Below, piece after piece: positions 14,471-28,217 of a stretch of DNA of 64,000 nt. The notes under the pieces are model-generated. The model had not been told where the DNA came from. It was given only the letters and a program-made list of their open reading frames with translations, and searched no databases. Source of the stretch: Eledone cirrhosa. Taxonomy: Eukaryota. The stretch spans positions 90,954,001 to 91,018,000 of the forward strand of contig OZ024742.1 in NCBI GenBank assembly GCA_964016885.1, read 5' to 3'. The translations under genes were made by a program, and so were the position numbers. Every line of letters begins with the position of its first letter. Within the stretch, counting starts at the first letter, position 1.

Positions 14471-15001
14471 AAGTATGTTTTGAAACAGTGACCGAGTTTG
14501 AAATTAGAAATATAAGCTTTCACCGTATTTTTGACTAAAGAAATTGTTTAGCCTGATAGTGGGGTTTAGAACCGTGTGGGTGATGTGTTGGTCTAATGGT
14601 AGCACAGTTGTCTGGATAACCAAAGATGTGGGTTCGACTCCTATGTACGTCAATACTCATCTTTATCCATTTCTCCGAGGGTTCTAAACCCCACTATCAG
14701 GCTAAAAAAAATCTTTAGTAAAAAATACGGTGAAAGCTTATATTTCTAATTTCAAACTCGCTCACTGTTTCAAAACATAGTTACTTGTCATTTACTTGCT
14801 AAGAATGTAGCTTCTAATTTGAATGGAAGGAGATGGGTGATGTAATGGTATAACAGTGGTCTGTATAACTAAAGATGTGGGTTCGACTCACATGTACGTC
14901 AATACTAATCTTTTTTTCCATTTCTCTGAGGGTTCAAAACCCTATTATCAGGCTAAAAAATTTCTTTAGTAAAAAATACGGTGGAACCTTATATTTCTAA
15001 T
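14471..15001 (+). mobile_element. tRNA-headed repeat: two direct copies plus an inverted arm, in (TA)n
   Basis: tRNA-like heads at 14582-14652 (A box TGGTCTAATGG, B box GGTTCGACTCC) and about 14838-14901; 14473-14571 is the reverse complement of 14680-14779. Confidence 0.65.
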
Positions 15002-15024
15002 ACATATATATATATATATATATA

Positions 15025-15236
15025 TAGGAGAAAGTATGACCCCCACGGCAGAGCTCAAGCCGTTTCGACTGCTATTTCTGGACTAAATTTAGTCCAGAAA
15101 TAGCCGTCGAAACGGCTTGAGCTCTGCCGTCGGGGTCATACTTTCTCCTATTACCCACTCTACTACCCTAAGTATTGAGTACTCTGTACTCTGGTGCGTT
15201 ATGGTCCATCTGGTTCCTTACCACAACTCCTTCGTT
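15025..15236 (+). mobile_element. Fold-back element family H (63-bp arms plus tail)
   Basis: 15025-15087 and 15088-15150 are inverted with 2 mismatches; tail TTACCCACTCTACTAC...TTCGTT is shared with the 33250 and 61266 copies. Confidence 0.85.
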
Positions 15237-15257
15237 ATATATATATATATATATATA

Positions 15258-15500
15258 TTAGAAAGTGAGGTTTTTTTTTTTTACAAAATGAAAAATAACC
15301 GAGGTGTCCTACACGAGTGGAAGTATAAAGAAAAAGGGATGAAATCGAAAATGCAACTGAAGTCTTATTTTTTTTAAAAATATATATATTTATTTGGTTC
15401 CTTTACCGGTTTCGCAGTTCTTCTGCTTTTCAAAAGGTGAGTTGAGATGGAGGGTCTGTGGTTATCCAGACAACTGTGCTACCATTAGACCAACACATCT
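15258..15500 (-). mobile_element. Family I element (PLE-terminal-like, HHR-bearing)
   Basis: Homologous to 60731-60930; flanked by (TA)n on both sides. Confidence 0.75.
15400..15437 (-). ncRNA. Minimal type I hammerhead ribozyme, U3-A8 variant
   Basis: CCTT-TTGAAAA-GCAG(aagaa)CTGC-GAAA-CCGG-TA-AAGG: stem I CCTT/AAGG, stem II 4 bp, palindromic stem III, GUA site. Confidence 0.65.
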
Positions 15501-15505
15501 TCTCT

Positions 15506-16260
<755 letters not shown>

Positions 16261-16276
16261 TGTTTATATATATATA

Positions 16277-16815
16277 CTAGCTGGCCCATCCGGCTGGCGT
16301 CTGGCTGGCGTCCGGCTGGGTATACCGGCATTTTATCTTTTCAGGAATCCCCCCTCTACTCCAGTCAAAGATTCCGCACGCCTTCTCAAGTCAGCGAGGC
16401 TGTGCGTGTGTGTGTGTGGGGGGGGGGGGGTTAACGTGCTCTGATGTTGGGTTTGAATAGTTTTTAGGATTCCCCAGTTCAGCAGCCAGTACGTTAAAAA
16501 AAATTAATAGTTACAACAATAAAGTCTGAACAGAGAACACATTTTTTAACAAACTTTACAATAATTTGTACAACCATAATGGAAATTCCAAGTAACAGAA
16601 AATACATAAATTACATTGTTAGAACCTCAGAGTATACAATATTTTTTGTTCTGTCCTCGGGAGCAAAGATGAGATTGTTTGGCGAGCTCACCCTATAGCA
16701 TCCTAAATACATTTAACCATGAGAGAAGCATGGTTTCCCAGCTGAAGGCCAGCCACTTTTAGGGTTTGACCCTGAGCTTTGTTGATGGTAATCGCGAATC
16801 TTAGTCTCTCTGTTG
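16277..16815 (-). mobile_element. Helitron 3' end with PIF1-like helicase remnant
   Basis: RLRFAITINKAQGQTLKVAGLQL (helicase motif) at about 16740-16810; on the minus strand a GC-rich hairpin (cccagccgga...cggatggg) precedes a CTAG terminus at 16277-16280. Confidence 0.75.
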
Positions 16816-16984
16816 CTCTAGTAACATTTTTTCTTCTGGAAAATCTGATCTTGCGGCCAGGCTGGGACTTTTGGGTGGCATATCGGCAATAACAATGACG
16901 ATAAGCCGTCTGTGCTTTCGTCAAATAAATACGTTTGTTTATATTTTGTTTTTGTGTCTGCAAAAATATCTGTACACGAATATA

Positions 16985-17058
<74 letters not shown>

Positions 17059-17347
17059 TAACACATTAAAGTTTAAGCAAAGAATCGGTGTTTTCGCCCT
17101 TAACGGGATCTTCTAAAAAGGCTAAGAAAGATAGAGGAATGTCGTATAACTGGAAGTGCTGACATTTGAAAATCTTTAAGAAGTGAATATTTAAATAAAC
17201 GATAAAATATCTTTAATCAATTAACGAAATTTAGAAGACAAACATACCCTCACTTTCTTACTTGGGAAAAGTTACATCTATGGTGCTATTTTGGTGCTTT
17301 TTTGTCCAGCCATTTGGCGAAAAGGTTGTTATATACGGCCGTCAGTT

Positions 17348-17403
<56 letters not shown>

Positions 17404-17759
17404 AAAATTGATTTGAATTAGTAAGTTTCACCGTATGTATTCTTGATTACAGAAAATAGTATAATAATAACATGACGTATAAGCCTCCAGGACGGAAAAA
17501 TGAGCATTAGAATGCGTCGGAATAGATTATTTTCTGCTCTGGAGTCTTATACGAACTGTTATTATTAACCTGTGTTGTGGCCTTGTGCCTATAGTAGAAA
17601 CAATTATTAACCTGTTTTGTGTAATAAAAAATAGAGCGAATGCTGCTAATTCAGTTCAATATTAGAAATCCACTACTTACTAAACACGTGACTTTGAAGA
17701 AAAAATATGTATATTTTTGTCTATTATTTCCTTGCGTTTTTAATTTCATATATATTTTT

Positions 17760-17978
17760 AGGAACGATCGACTTTCGTCAAATCGAACCAAAGGAAACAA
17801 CGTTTCCATTGGTCTTTCCAATTGCTAATACTATCTATCGATCGCAACTCCATCTAGAAGGAGCAACGTGAAATAAAGTGTCTTGCTCAAGGACATAACG
17901 CATTGCCCGGTCCGGGAATCGAACTCACGACCCCATGATTGCGAATCTAATTATCTAGCCACTAGGTCACACGCCTTC
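17760..17978 (-). mobile_element. tRNA-derived SINE (family F)
   Basis: Reverse-complement homologue of 37809-38025; A/B boxes and TGTCCTTGAGCAAGACACTTTATTTCACGTTGCTCC core. Confidence 0.75.
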
Positions 17979-17979
17979 A

Positions 17980-19302
<1,323 letters not shown>

Positions 19303-19340
19303 GTATATATATATATACACACACACACACAAGAACACAC

Positions 19341-19447
<107 letters not shown>

Positions 19448-19795
19448 ATCCCCAGCATTCGCGGTCCCGGTTGTTCACAGAATTTTCTTTAGAACCTAAC
19501 TAACTGGTTGGTGGAAACCACCGTATATTCGCGGAATCGTAAATAACTTCCCCGAATTTTGTCTTTTTTATGACAATATATATATTTCCTTAAAGCTAAA
19601 TTATTAATAAGAACATACCGTATTCACCGACCTATTGGACGCACCTTCGCATAAAACGCTCCCTCTTTTTTAAAATCATATTTTACTTTACATTTTGACG
19701 TTTATAGACATTTTTATGGACTATGTCCAATATTCGATGATTTTAACTCTTCCCGGGTGTTCTAGGAAAGTAACCCCCACGAATACCGGAAGACA

Positions 19796-19862
<67 letters not shown>

Positions 19863-19867
19863 CTACA

Positions 19868-21952
19868 CATCTGTCCTGTTATGTAGCACCCATCTACCAT
19901 CTGAGTGAGTTTCTTGGTCAGTGTCCAAGTCTCAGACCCATACAGCAGCACAGACTCCACTACAGCAATGAAGAGGCGGATTTTCAGGTCTCTACGAAGG
20001 TCCGACTTCCACACCGATCTCAAGCTGTGGCACGCCGCCCAGGCCTTGCTCTTCCTCTCAACCACATCATCTTCTGTATTCCCAATCTTTGCTTCCAAAT
20101 ACAGGAATTCCTCAACCAATTCCAGCGGCTTCCCGCCTACATTAGTGATCCCCTTCTCAACATTTTCTACCAGATATTTTGTTTTATTTTCATTCATTCA
20201 CAGCCCCACACTCATCGACACAGTCTCAACCTCCCGCATCAAATCCTCTGCCTCCTTCACTGTATTTGTCACCAAAACTATGTCGTCGGCAAATTCATCA
20301 TCCGATATCTCTTTCGCCCTAACTCTCCTGCTCTGAGCCGGTACTACAGTAAAGCCAGAGTCCTGGTGTTTCTCCAGTGCAAGGCGCATACAATAGACCA
20401 CTACGATGATAAAAAGGTAGGGAGCCAATGTATCTCCCTGGAGCACTCCAGCCAGTATCTCAAAGAACTCTGTCATCCCATCAGGTGTAATGACTTGGGC
20501 TTTGGTGTTGGTGTAGAGCAGTGATATCAGGTCCACTATCTTCTTGGGGATTCCATTGGCCTGTAGGATCTTCATCAGGCAGTAACGGTCCACAGAATCA
20601 AAGGCCCTCCTAAAGTCAATGAAAACCATGACCGCAGGAAGGCACTTTGCTCTATACTCCCTCTAATATACTCCTCAGCATCAGGATGTGACTGGTGGTT
20701 GATCTACCCTCTCTGAAGCCGTTCTGGTTGTCCCTGAGCTTCTTCTCCATCTCAGGCTGGATCCTGTTAAGAATCATCCTGTTGAGGGTCTTTGCCACAA
20801 GTGACGTCAGTGAGATCCCCCAGTAGTTGTTGGTGTTAGAGATATCTCCCTTCTTTGGCACTGGGACGATGTTACTGATCCTCCACTGTTTCGGGGCAAC
20901 TCCTTTCTCCAGTGCCCCGTTACAGAACCCCAGGATGATATCATCAAAATCACACCTCTTCATCACCTCTGATGCCACTCCATGATCCTTGCCCTCCTTA
21001 ATCCTCTTCTTGGCTCTCTGAAGCTCCACTCTGGTGAAGGACTCTGTCTCAAACAGCCGCCTGATCTCCCCAGTGCTCTGGACTGTGGAGGGTGGCTCTC
21101 CTAGTAGCGTCCTAAAATGGTCTAGCCATTTCCTCTTCCTATCCTCGGGCCCCGTTCCCTGGATCTCACTCGACCACCTTCTCTTCCTCCCTGTGATCTC
21201 GTTGATGATCATCCAGCTCTCCTTACATCCAGATCTGTCAACCGCTCTCTCCACACTTCTGATCTTCTCTATCAGTGCCTCCTCTCTGACCTCAGTGTAA
21301 GCGGTACAGAGCTCTTCCCTCATCACCTCCACAGTCTCCATCCACTCCTCCGAAGGATCAGCATAGAATTGGTCCCTGGCAGCTTTCAGGTGTTCTCTGG
21401 CTGCACACACTTTTGGGTTTGCAGACCTGATGTGCTTCCCTTTGTTCTTTTTCCTCGGCACCAGGGTTTCACTTGCTTCCGCCACTGTATTGGTAAAGTG
21501 CCCGTACCTCCTCGTCACACTCTCCTCAGTCCATCCAATCTCTCTCTCCTCTGACTCTCCACACAGAGCACTAAACCAGTTTCTCACTTCCACTGTGAAC
21601 CTCTCCTGTAGCTTATCATCTTCCTTGAAAGCTCCCCAGTCATAGATTGTTCTCTGAGGCCGAGCCTTGCTCTTTCTTAAGCTCACCCGGACCTCACTCA
21701 TAACAAGCCGGTGGTCACTACCCATTGTACTGAAATAGGTGTATGGTTCCGTGTTCAGAACACTATTCCGCCACTTTTTCCTCACCAGAATGAAATCAAT
21801 GTGGGACTTGGACAGGTGCATATCTGAGATGTAGGTCCACATCTTCCCCAGATTCTTCCTAAACCTTAGGTTGGTCGCCATCAAGTTCGCCTCCAGCAGG
21901 GTGTCTCTCAGTAGTCTTCCATTTCGGTTGGTGTTGTTATTTCACTGCCCTC

Positions 21953-21955
<3 letters not shown>
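19868..21955 (-). mobile_element. RTE-clade LINE ORF (APE end + RT), truncated at both ends
   Basis: HIDFILV, GSDHRLV, NQNGFREGRST, FIDFRRAFDSV, GVLQGDTLAPYLF, FADDIVL, ESVLLYGSETW; in-frame stops; abuts (TA)n at both ends. Confidence 0.9.
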
Positions 21956-22050
<95 letters not shown>

Positions 22051-22099
22051 GTAAGTATGTATACGTACATACATATATGTATACAGACGTACAGTAGCA

Positions 22100-22154
<55 letters not shown>

Positions 22155-22312
22155 GCATACAGGTACACATACATATATGCACGCATCAGTTTAGCCGACG
22201 TTTATTATAACGTCGCTTTGTTAGTTTGTTTGTCAACAAACCGTATAGCCTGAATTTATGCCATACGGTGTTAAGGCAACCACGTCACCTTTTTGTTCAA
22301 CACTGACACAGG

Positions 22313-22357
22313 AACGATGTACTAGTTTCAAGCTTGTTAGCTATCATCAGCACCGTT
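22313..22357 (-). ncRNA. Type I hammerhead ribozyme (inverted unit)
   Basis: Exact reverse complement of 22941-22985. Confidence 0.75.
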
Positions 22358-22639
22358 TACCCATCTGCCAGATAGTTGAACGTTCGAAAGTATATACTTT
22401 CCTTATGAAAATTAACGGCTGAGCAGCCTAATTTGCATATGTATACGTACATACATATATGTATACAGACGTACAGTAGCATGCATATATATATATATAT
22501 ATGCCTTAACACCGTATGGCATAAATTCAGGCTGTTCGGTTTGTTGACAAACAAACGAACTAAGCGACGTTATAATAAACGTCGGCTAAACTGATGCGTG
22601 CATATATATATGTGTACCTGTATGCATATGTGTATATAT

Positions 22640-22706
<67 letters not shown>

Positions 22707-22940
22707 TGCTACTGTACGTCTGTATACATATATGTATGTACGTATACATACATACTTACATTTAAGTAAGTGCCATACTAAGAGTGAGAAATGAAATTTC
22801 GTTTTCATTTTTTTCAACTTATCGTTTTCGGTATGCCTGACCGATTTAACTCACTCAATATGCAAATTAGGCTGCTCAGCCGTTAATTTTCATAAGGAAA
22901 GTATATACTTTCGAACGTTCAACTATCTGGCAGATGGGTA

Positions 22941-22985
22941 AACGGTGCTGATGATAGCTAACAAGCTTGAAACTAGTACATCGTT
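22941..22985 (+). ncRNA. Type I hammerhead ribozyme
   Basis: AACGGTG-CTGATGA-T-AGCT(aaca)AGCT-T-GAAA-CTAG-TA-CATCGTT: 7-bp stem I, intact core, palindromic ACTAGT stem III, GUA site after 22978. Confidence 0.8.
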
Positions 22986-23143
22986 CCTGTGTCAGTGTTG
23001 AACAAAAAGGTGACGTGGTTGCCTTAACACCGTATGGCATAAATTCAGGCTGTTCGGTTTGTTGACAAACAAACGAACAAAGCGACGTTATCATAAACGT
23101 CGGCTAAACTGATGCGTGCATATATGTATGTGTACCTGTATGC

Positions 23144-23188
<45 letters not shown>

Positions 23189-23422
23189 TGCTACTGTACG
23201 TCTGTATACATATATGTATGTACGTATACATACATACTTACATTTAAGTAAGTGCCATACTAAGAGTGAGAAATGAAATTTCGTTTTCATTTTTTTCAAC
23301 TTATCGTTTTCGGTATGCCTGACCGATTTAACTCACTCAATATGCAAATTAGGCTGCTCAGCCGTTAATTTTCATAAGGAAAGTATATACTTTCGAACGT
23401 TCAACTATCTGGCAGATGGGTA

Positions 23423-23467
23423 AACGGTGCTGATGATAGCTAACAAGCTTGAAACTAGTACATCGTT
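23423..23467 (+). ncRNA. Type I hammerhead ribozyme
   Basis: Identical to 22941-22985; predicted cleavage after 23460. Confidence 0.8.
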
Positions 23468-23625
23468 CCTGTGTCAGTGTTGAACAAAAAGGTGACGTGG
23501 TTGCCTTAACACCGTATGGCATAAATTCAGGCTATTCGGTTTGTTGACAAACAAACGAACAAAGCGACGTTATAATAAACGTCGGCTAAACTGATGCGTG
23601 CATATATGTATGTGTACCTGTATGC

Positions 23626-23702
<77 letters not shown>

Positions 23703-23813
23703 TGCTACTGTACGTCTGTATACATATATGTATGTACGTATACATACATACTTACATTTAAGTAAGTGCCATACTAAGAGTGAGAAATGAAATTTCGTTT
23801 TCATTTTTTTCAA

Positions 23814-23839
<26 letters not shown>

Positions 23840-23847
<8 letters not shown>

Positions 23848-24060
23848 TGTTATTATGTCTACGTACTGAGTCTTGTTACACTGGAGTTTCACCTACACCC
23901 TTGACGGATCACCAGACAAGAGAGTCTTCTCCGATGATCTTTCAAGGGCACAGGTGAAACTATTGAGTAACAAGACTCACTACTTAGCCATAATAAATGA
24001 ATATATATACTCTATTTTGGCATTCAGTACTCTTTTCTCTTGACCGTCAATTGCATACGG
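23840..24060 (+). mobile_element. Fold-back element built from two inverted hammerhead motifs plus tail
   Basis: 23840-23921 is an imperfect reverse complement of about 23925-24004; plus-strand HHR at 23922-23978, minus-strand HHR at 23868-23921. Confidence 0.65.
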
Positions 24061-24535
24061 ATATATATATATATATATATATAACATGCATCTATATATA
24101 CCATAGTAACATATATATAAAATATGTGTACATATAATGCACACACACACAAACACACACACACACACACACGCACACACATACATTTATGTATATATAG
24201 AGAGAGAAAGAGAGAGAGAGAGAGAGTGGTACTTGCTAATGAATGTATATTGAATAGAGGCAGGCGCCTATTAGCGGTTAATCCGGCTACTTTATTATAG
24301 TAATTTCAAAGTATAAGCAAATAAATATCCGTTAATCAGTCAAGTTGATATCAATAATTATTTTGATATGTTGATATGTACATAACACTTACACTGTAAT
24401 AATTGAGTGATATGGCGCCACCGTCTTACCCATTTTAGGAAAATAGTTCAGCTTCTGGAGTCAAAGCTGCTTCAATTTCTTAGTGTACAGTATACATTTG
24501 CTTCAATGTGTATGTATGTATATATATATATATAT

Positions 24536-24602
<67 letters not shown>

Positions 24603-24781
24603 CGTAAGTGTATATATAAATATATATATGTATATATATATATATGTAGAAGTTGTATTTAATTTGTTGGAATTCCGACAAACGTAAATGTTTATAACTG
24701 ATTTAGAGCACTCAACACGTTACTGGAGTAAATAGTCCATGATATTAAGTAAATGGAAACTATATTTATAAAACCATATTT

Positions 24782-24844
24782 ATTTTATTATATATTTTTC
24801 AAGGGCAACCAACCCAAGCTTGGTGCGCTTTCATCAGATAAAAT
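24782..24844 (-). ncRNA. Type I hammerhead ribozyme at PLE 3' end
   Basis: ATTTTAT-CTGATGA-AAGcGCA...TGCcCTT-GAAA-AATATA-TA-ATAAAAT. Confidence 0.65.
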
Positions 24845-25169
24845 ACAAAATTTGTTTTATAAATAAAGACGTACCCATGAAGATTCAATCTTATCAGTCG
24901 GAAATTCACTGGATAGTGGAAAACATATTAGGGAATATTCAAAGTTATGTATGAATATGCAAATGAATGTGTAAAAAATTGAAAAAACAACCGTTTATTT
25001 AAATGACGCTGGGGAAAGAGAGAGAGAAATAATATTAATATTATCAGATAGAAAGAGAGATGAAATTTATAAGAGGATGAATAATATCGTAGATAAGTTT
25101 AAGTTTATATCCACTAATGGTACATATATTTACTATTATTAATTTGTTAAAATTCATTTCTAATATAAT

Positions 25170-25362
25170 ATAGTTGTTTCTACTTTAGGCACAAGGCCAG
25201 CAATTACCCAGTGCATTACTGGTACTTTATTTTATCGACCCCGTAAGGATGAAAGGCAAAGTTAACCTCGGCGGGATTCGAACTCAGAATGGCAAGTGCC
25301 ATAACTCTATGCGTCAAAGCATAGCGTCCGACCCTCTACCCATGCTGCCAATCCACTGCCCT
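25170..25362 (-). mobile_element. Full-length SINE family E inserted in the PLE 3' region
   Basis: tRNA-like head (B box GAGTTCGAATCCC) plus family E body; TAATATAATATA on both sides is a possible target-site duplication. Confidence 0.8.
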
Positions 25363-27489
25363 TTGTAATATAATATAATATTTGCTATTATAAGTAGATA
25401 GAAAAAATAGATATATAAAATAAATATATATAAAAAATATGTTTAAAAATAAGTTGAAAAATAAATAAATAGATAGAAAGATAGATATATAGAAGAATCA
25501 ATAGATATAAAAATAGATAGATAGAAATGTAGATGGATAGATGTGTATATCTTGTTATATATAATTGTTTTAATGAGCTATGGGGGATATTGGTTTATGT
25601 TTATTATAAGTAATTAAGTTAAATGAGTTAATAATAATATTTATATATTTTAAATGCTCTAAATTGGGAAGATACGGAAAGTTTTGTTTGTTTATTAGTT
25701 AGCATGAGACCATTTTGTCAAAGATATAAATGTTGAAAGATATATTTAGCCTGAATTAGTTATTGGTTATAAAACTAATAAAAAAATTTTATTTAAAAAT
25801 ATTAAAAGATACTTTAAAAATACTTTAAAAACATTTAAAAACATTTTTAAAATATTTAAACATCTCAAAAATATTTTTAAAATATTTAAAAATTACTTAA
25901 AAAATACTTTAAAATATACTTTAAAAATATTTAAAAAAACAATTAAAAAATATTCAAAAAATTCAAAATCCTTAAAACATCTTTAAAAAAGATTTTTAAA
26001 AAGTTTTAAAAAATTTCTTTAAAAACTTAAAAATTATTTTAAAATATTTTATACGAGATAAGTAGATTTTTTTAAAAAAAAAGTAATTTAAAAAAAAATA
26101 AATAATTTAAAAAAAAATAAGTAATTTTTTTTAAAATAAATAATTTTTAAATATATGAATATTTTGGAAGTAAAAAATAATAAATAATGAAAAGGGTTAT
26201 TTAAGAAGTTAAAAATAAAAAATAAAAAAAAAAAAATAAAATAAAAAATAAAAAAAAAATAAAAAAAAATAAAAAAAAAAAAATAAATAATTAAAAAAAA
26301 ATAAATAAAAAAATAATAATAATAATAATAAAAAATAAAAAAATAAAATAAAAAATAAAAAATAAAAAATAAAAAATAAAAAATAAAAAATAAAAAATAA
26401 AAAATAAAAAATAAAAAATAAAAAATAAAAAATAAAAAATAAAAAAATAAAGAATTAAAAAACCTTAAAAAATATTAAAATTAAAAATTTTAGGCTCATA
26501 TATGTATATAATTTAAGATGATTTATCTAGTGAAGTTATAAGTAGTGAAAATATAGCAAACAATATATGGAAATAAGTAGAAATATTATAAGTGTAATTA
26601 TAATTTATATATAGTATTAAATGTTGAATTTAGGCGATGTCTACAAGAACTAAATAAATTCGTACGTATATTAATAGAGTTCTTACATTTAAGTATGAAG
26701 AACATTTCCTCAACACACAATTTGTAAAATCTAAATAGGCAGGTGCATTTTGAAATTATTTCCCAAGTTAAAGAATAGTCCGTATTTGGGGATTTTAAGT
26801 TCCATATCAGGTTTGATAGAGAACTTGAAGGTTTTTTACCAATATTATTAAACGAGCATTTGTGATTATTAAAACGAGTTTTAAAATATGTAGAAGTTGA
26901 ACCTACATAGTTAAAAATATTATCACTGGATTTGACTGAGCATTTATAGACCACATCCTTATCTAAGCACTTATTTTTTAAAGGACAGTTTGATTTAATT
27001 CTACAATTATATTTTGCGGAGTTGATGTTATTCGGAAGATATTATTATGTTGGATATTGTTATTTTGGTTATGGTTTAGATTTCTATTATTGATTCTATT
27101 TATATTTTGTGCTAGGTTCATAGTAGTAGAGTAAGATAGTTTTATTGTATGTCTGTTAAAGATTTTGTGATATCTATGGGATTTAGGAAAACATTTATCT
27201 AGAGCTTTGAAGAATATTTTAGCTAAAGGTATTTTAACGCTTGATGAAAAAGAGGGTTAATACCAAATTATATTTCTAGTTCTATTTCTTCTGTTAGTTT
27301 TAGAGTTTAAGTTAGGTTTTTTAAGGTAATTATAATTAATAATCATTCTAACTGCACGGAAAAGTTTAATTGAATTCAACAACCATCTATGGACCACAGC
27401 AGATAGAAAAAATAATTTCGATATCACCATGAGGTCATCGGATATATATATACATATATATAAGTATATGTATATATACATATATACTA

Positions 27490-27580
<91 letters not shown>

Positions 27581-27650
27581 TATACTAATATATATATATG
27601 GATATATACATATATATACTAATATATACATATATATATATATTTATATA

Positions 27651-27708
<58 letters not shown>

Positions 27709-27720
27709 TAAATATATATG

Positions 27721-27752
<32 letters not shown>

Positions 27753-27818
27753 ATATATATATGTATATATATATAAATATACACTGATATATATGTACAT
27801 ATATATATTATATATATC

Positions 27819-27867
<49 letters not shown>

Positions 27868-28217
27868 ATATAAACAAATATTTGTACATATATATATTGA
27901 GGCATATACTTGGAGAGAAAGCGGGAATGACAGGCGAATTAAATTTTTGGAACCACTACCAAACAAACCCGAACACGAGCATACGCTCGTTTATATATCT
28001 TATGCAACACACTTCAATCCTTATTTGGCATATTTCTCTATCTTCTGCTTTTCATTTGCTCTCTAATATAAGTTTCTGTCACACGTATGTATGTATGCAT
28101 GCATACATGTATGTATGTATGTATGTATGTATGTATGTATGTATGTATGTATGTATGTATGTATGTATGTATGTATGTATGTGTGTATGTATGTATGTAT
28201 GGATGGATGTATGTATG

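Larger units (their letters stand above)
22046..23816 (+). repeat. Hammerhead-containing tandem array (retrozyme-like): about 2.7 direct units plus one inverted partial unit
   Basis: Near-identical units across 22503-23816; HHR-to-HHR period 482 bp; 22046-22440 is an inverted partial unit; each unit carries an internal (TA)n of different length. Confidence 0.9.
24650..27443 (-). mobile_element. Penelope-like element remnant (probably Naiad-type): GIY-YIG endonuclease, long AT-rich 3' region, HHR, inverted RT piece
   Basis: RNIIWY, NCRIKSNCPLKNKCL, VVYKC...YVGSTST.FKTRFNNH...CRH (26598-27300); plus-strand piece 27339-27443 reads ...RKSL...W...FDITMRSSD (RT-motif-like). Clade assignment is from recall. 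Confidence 0.8.

Noticed and set aside
14582-14652. Functional tRNA gene
   Set aside because: D and anticodon stems pair poorly and it is embedded in a repeated element; treated as a tRNA-derived head.
15100-15126. GAAACGGCTTGAGC in family H as half a hammerhead
   Set aside because: No CUGANGA is retained in any of the three copies and stem III is not palindromic.
17085-17120. Minus-strand hammerhead-like TAGAAGA-T-CCC(gttaa)GGG-C-GAAA
   Set aside because: Core and stems I and III are too degenerate to call.
22503-23816. CRISPR-like or simple satellite reading of the tandem array
   Set aside because: Units are about 480-510 bp with no unique spacers or cas genes, in eukaryotic context; the embedded hammerheads explain it better.
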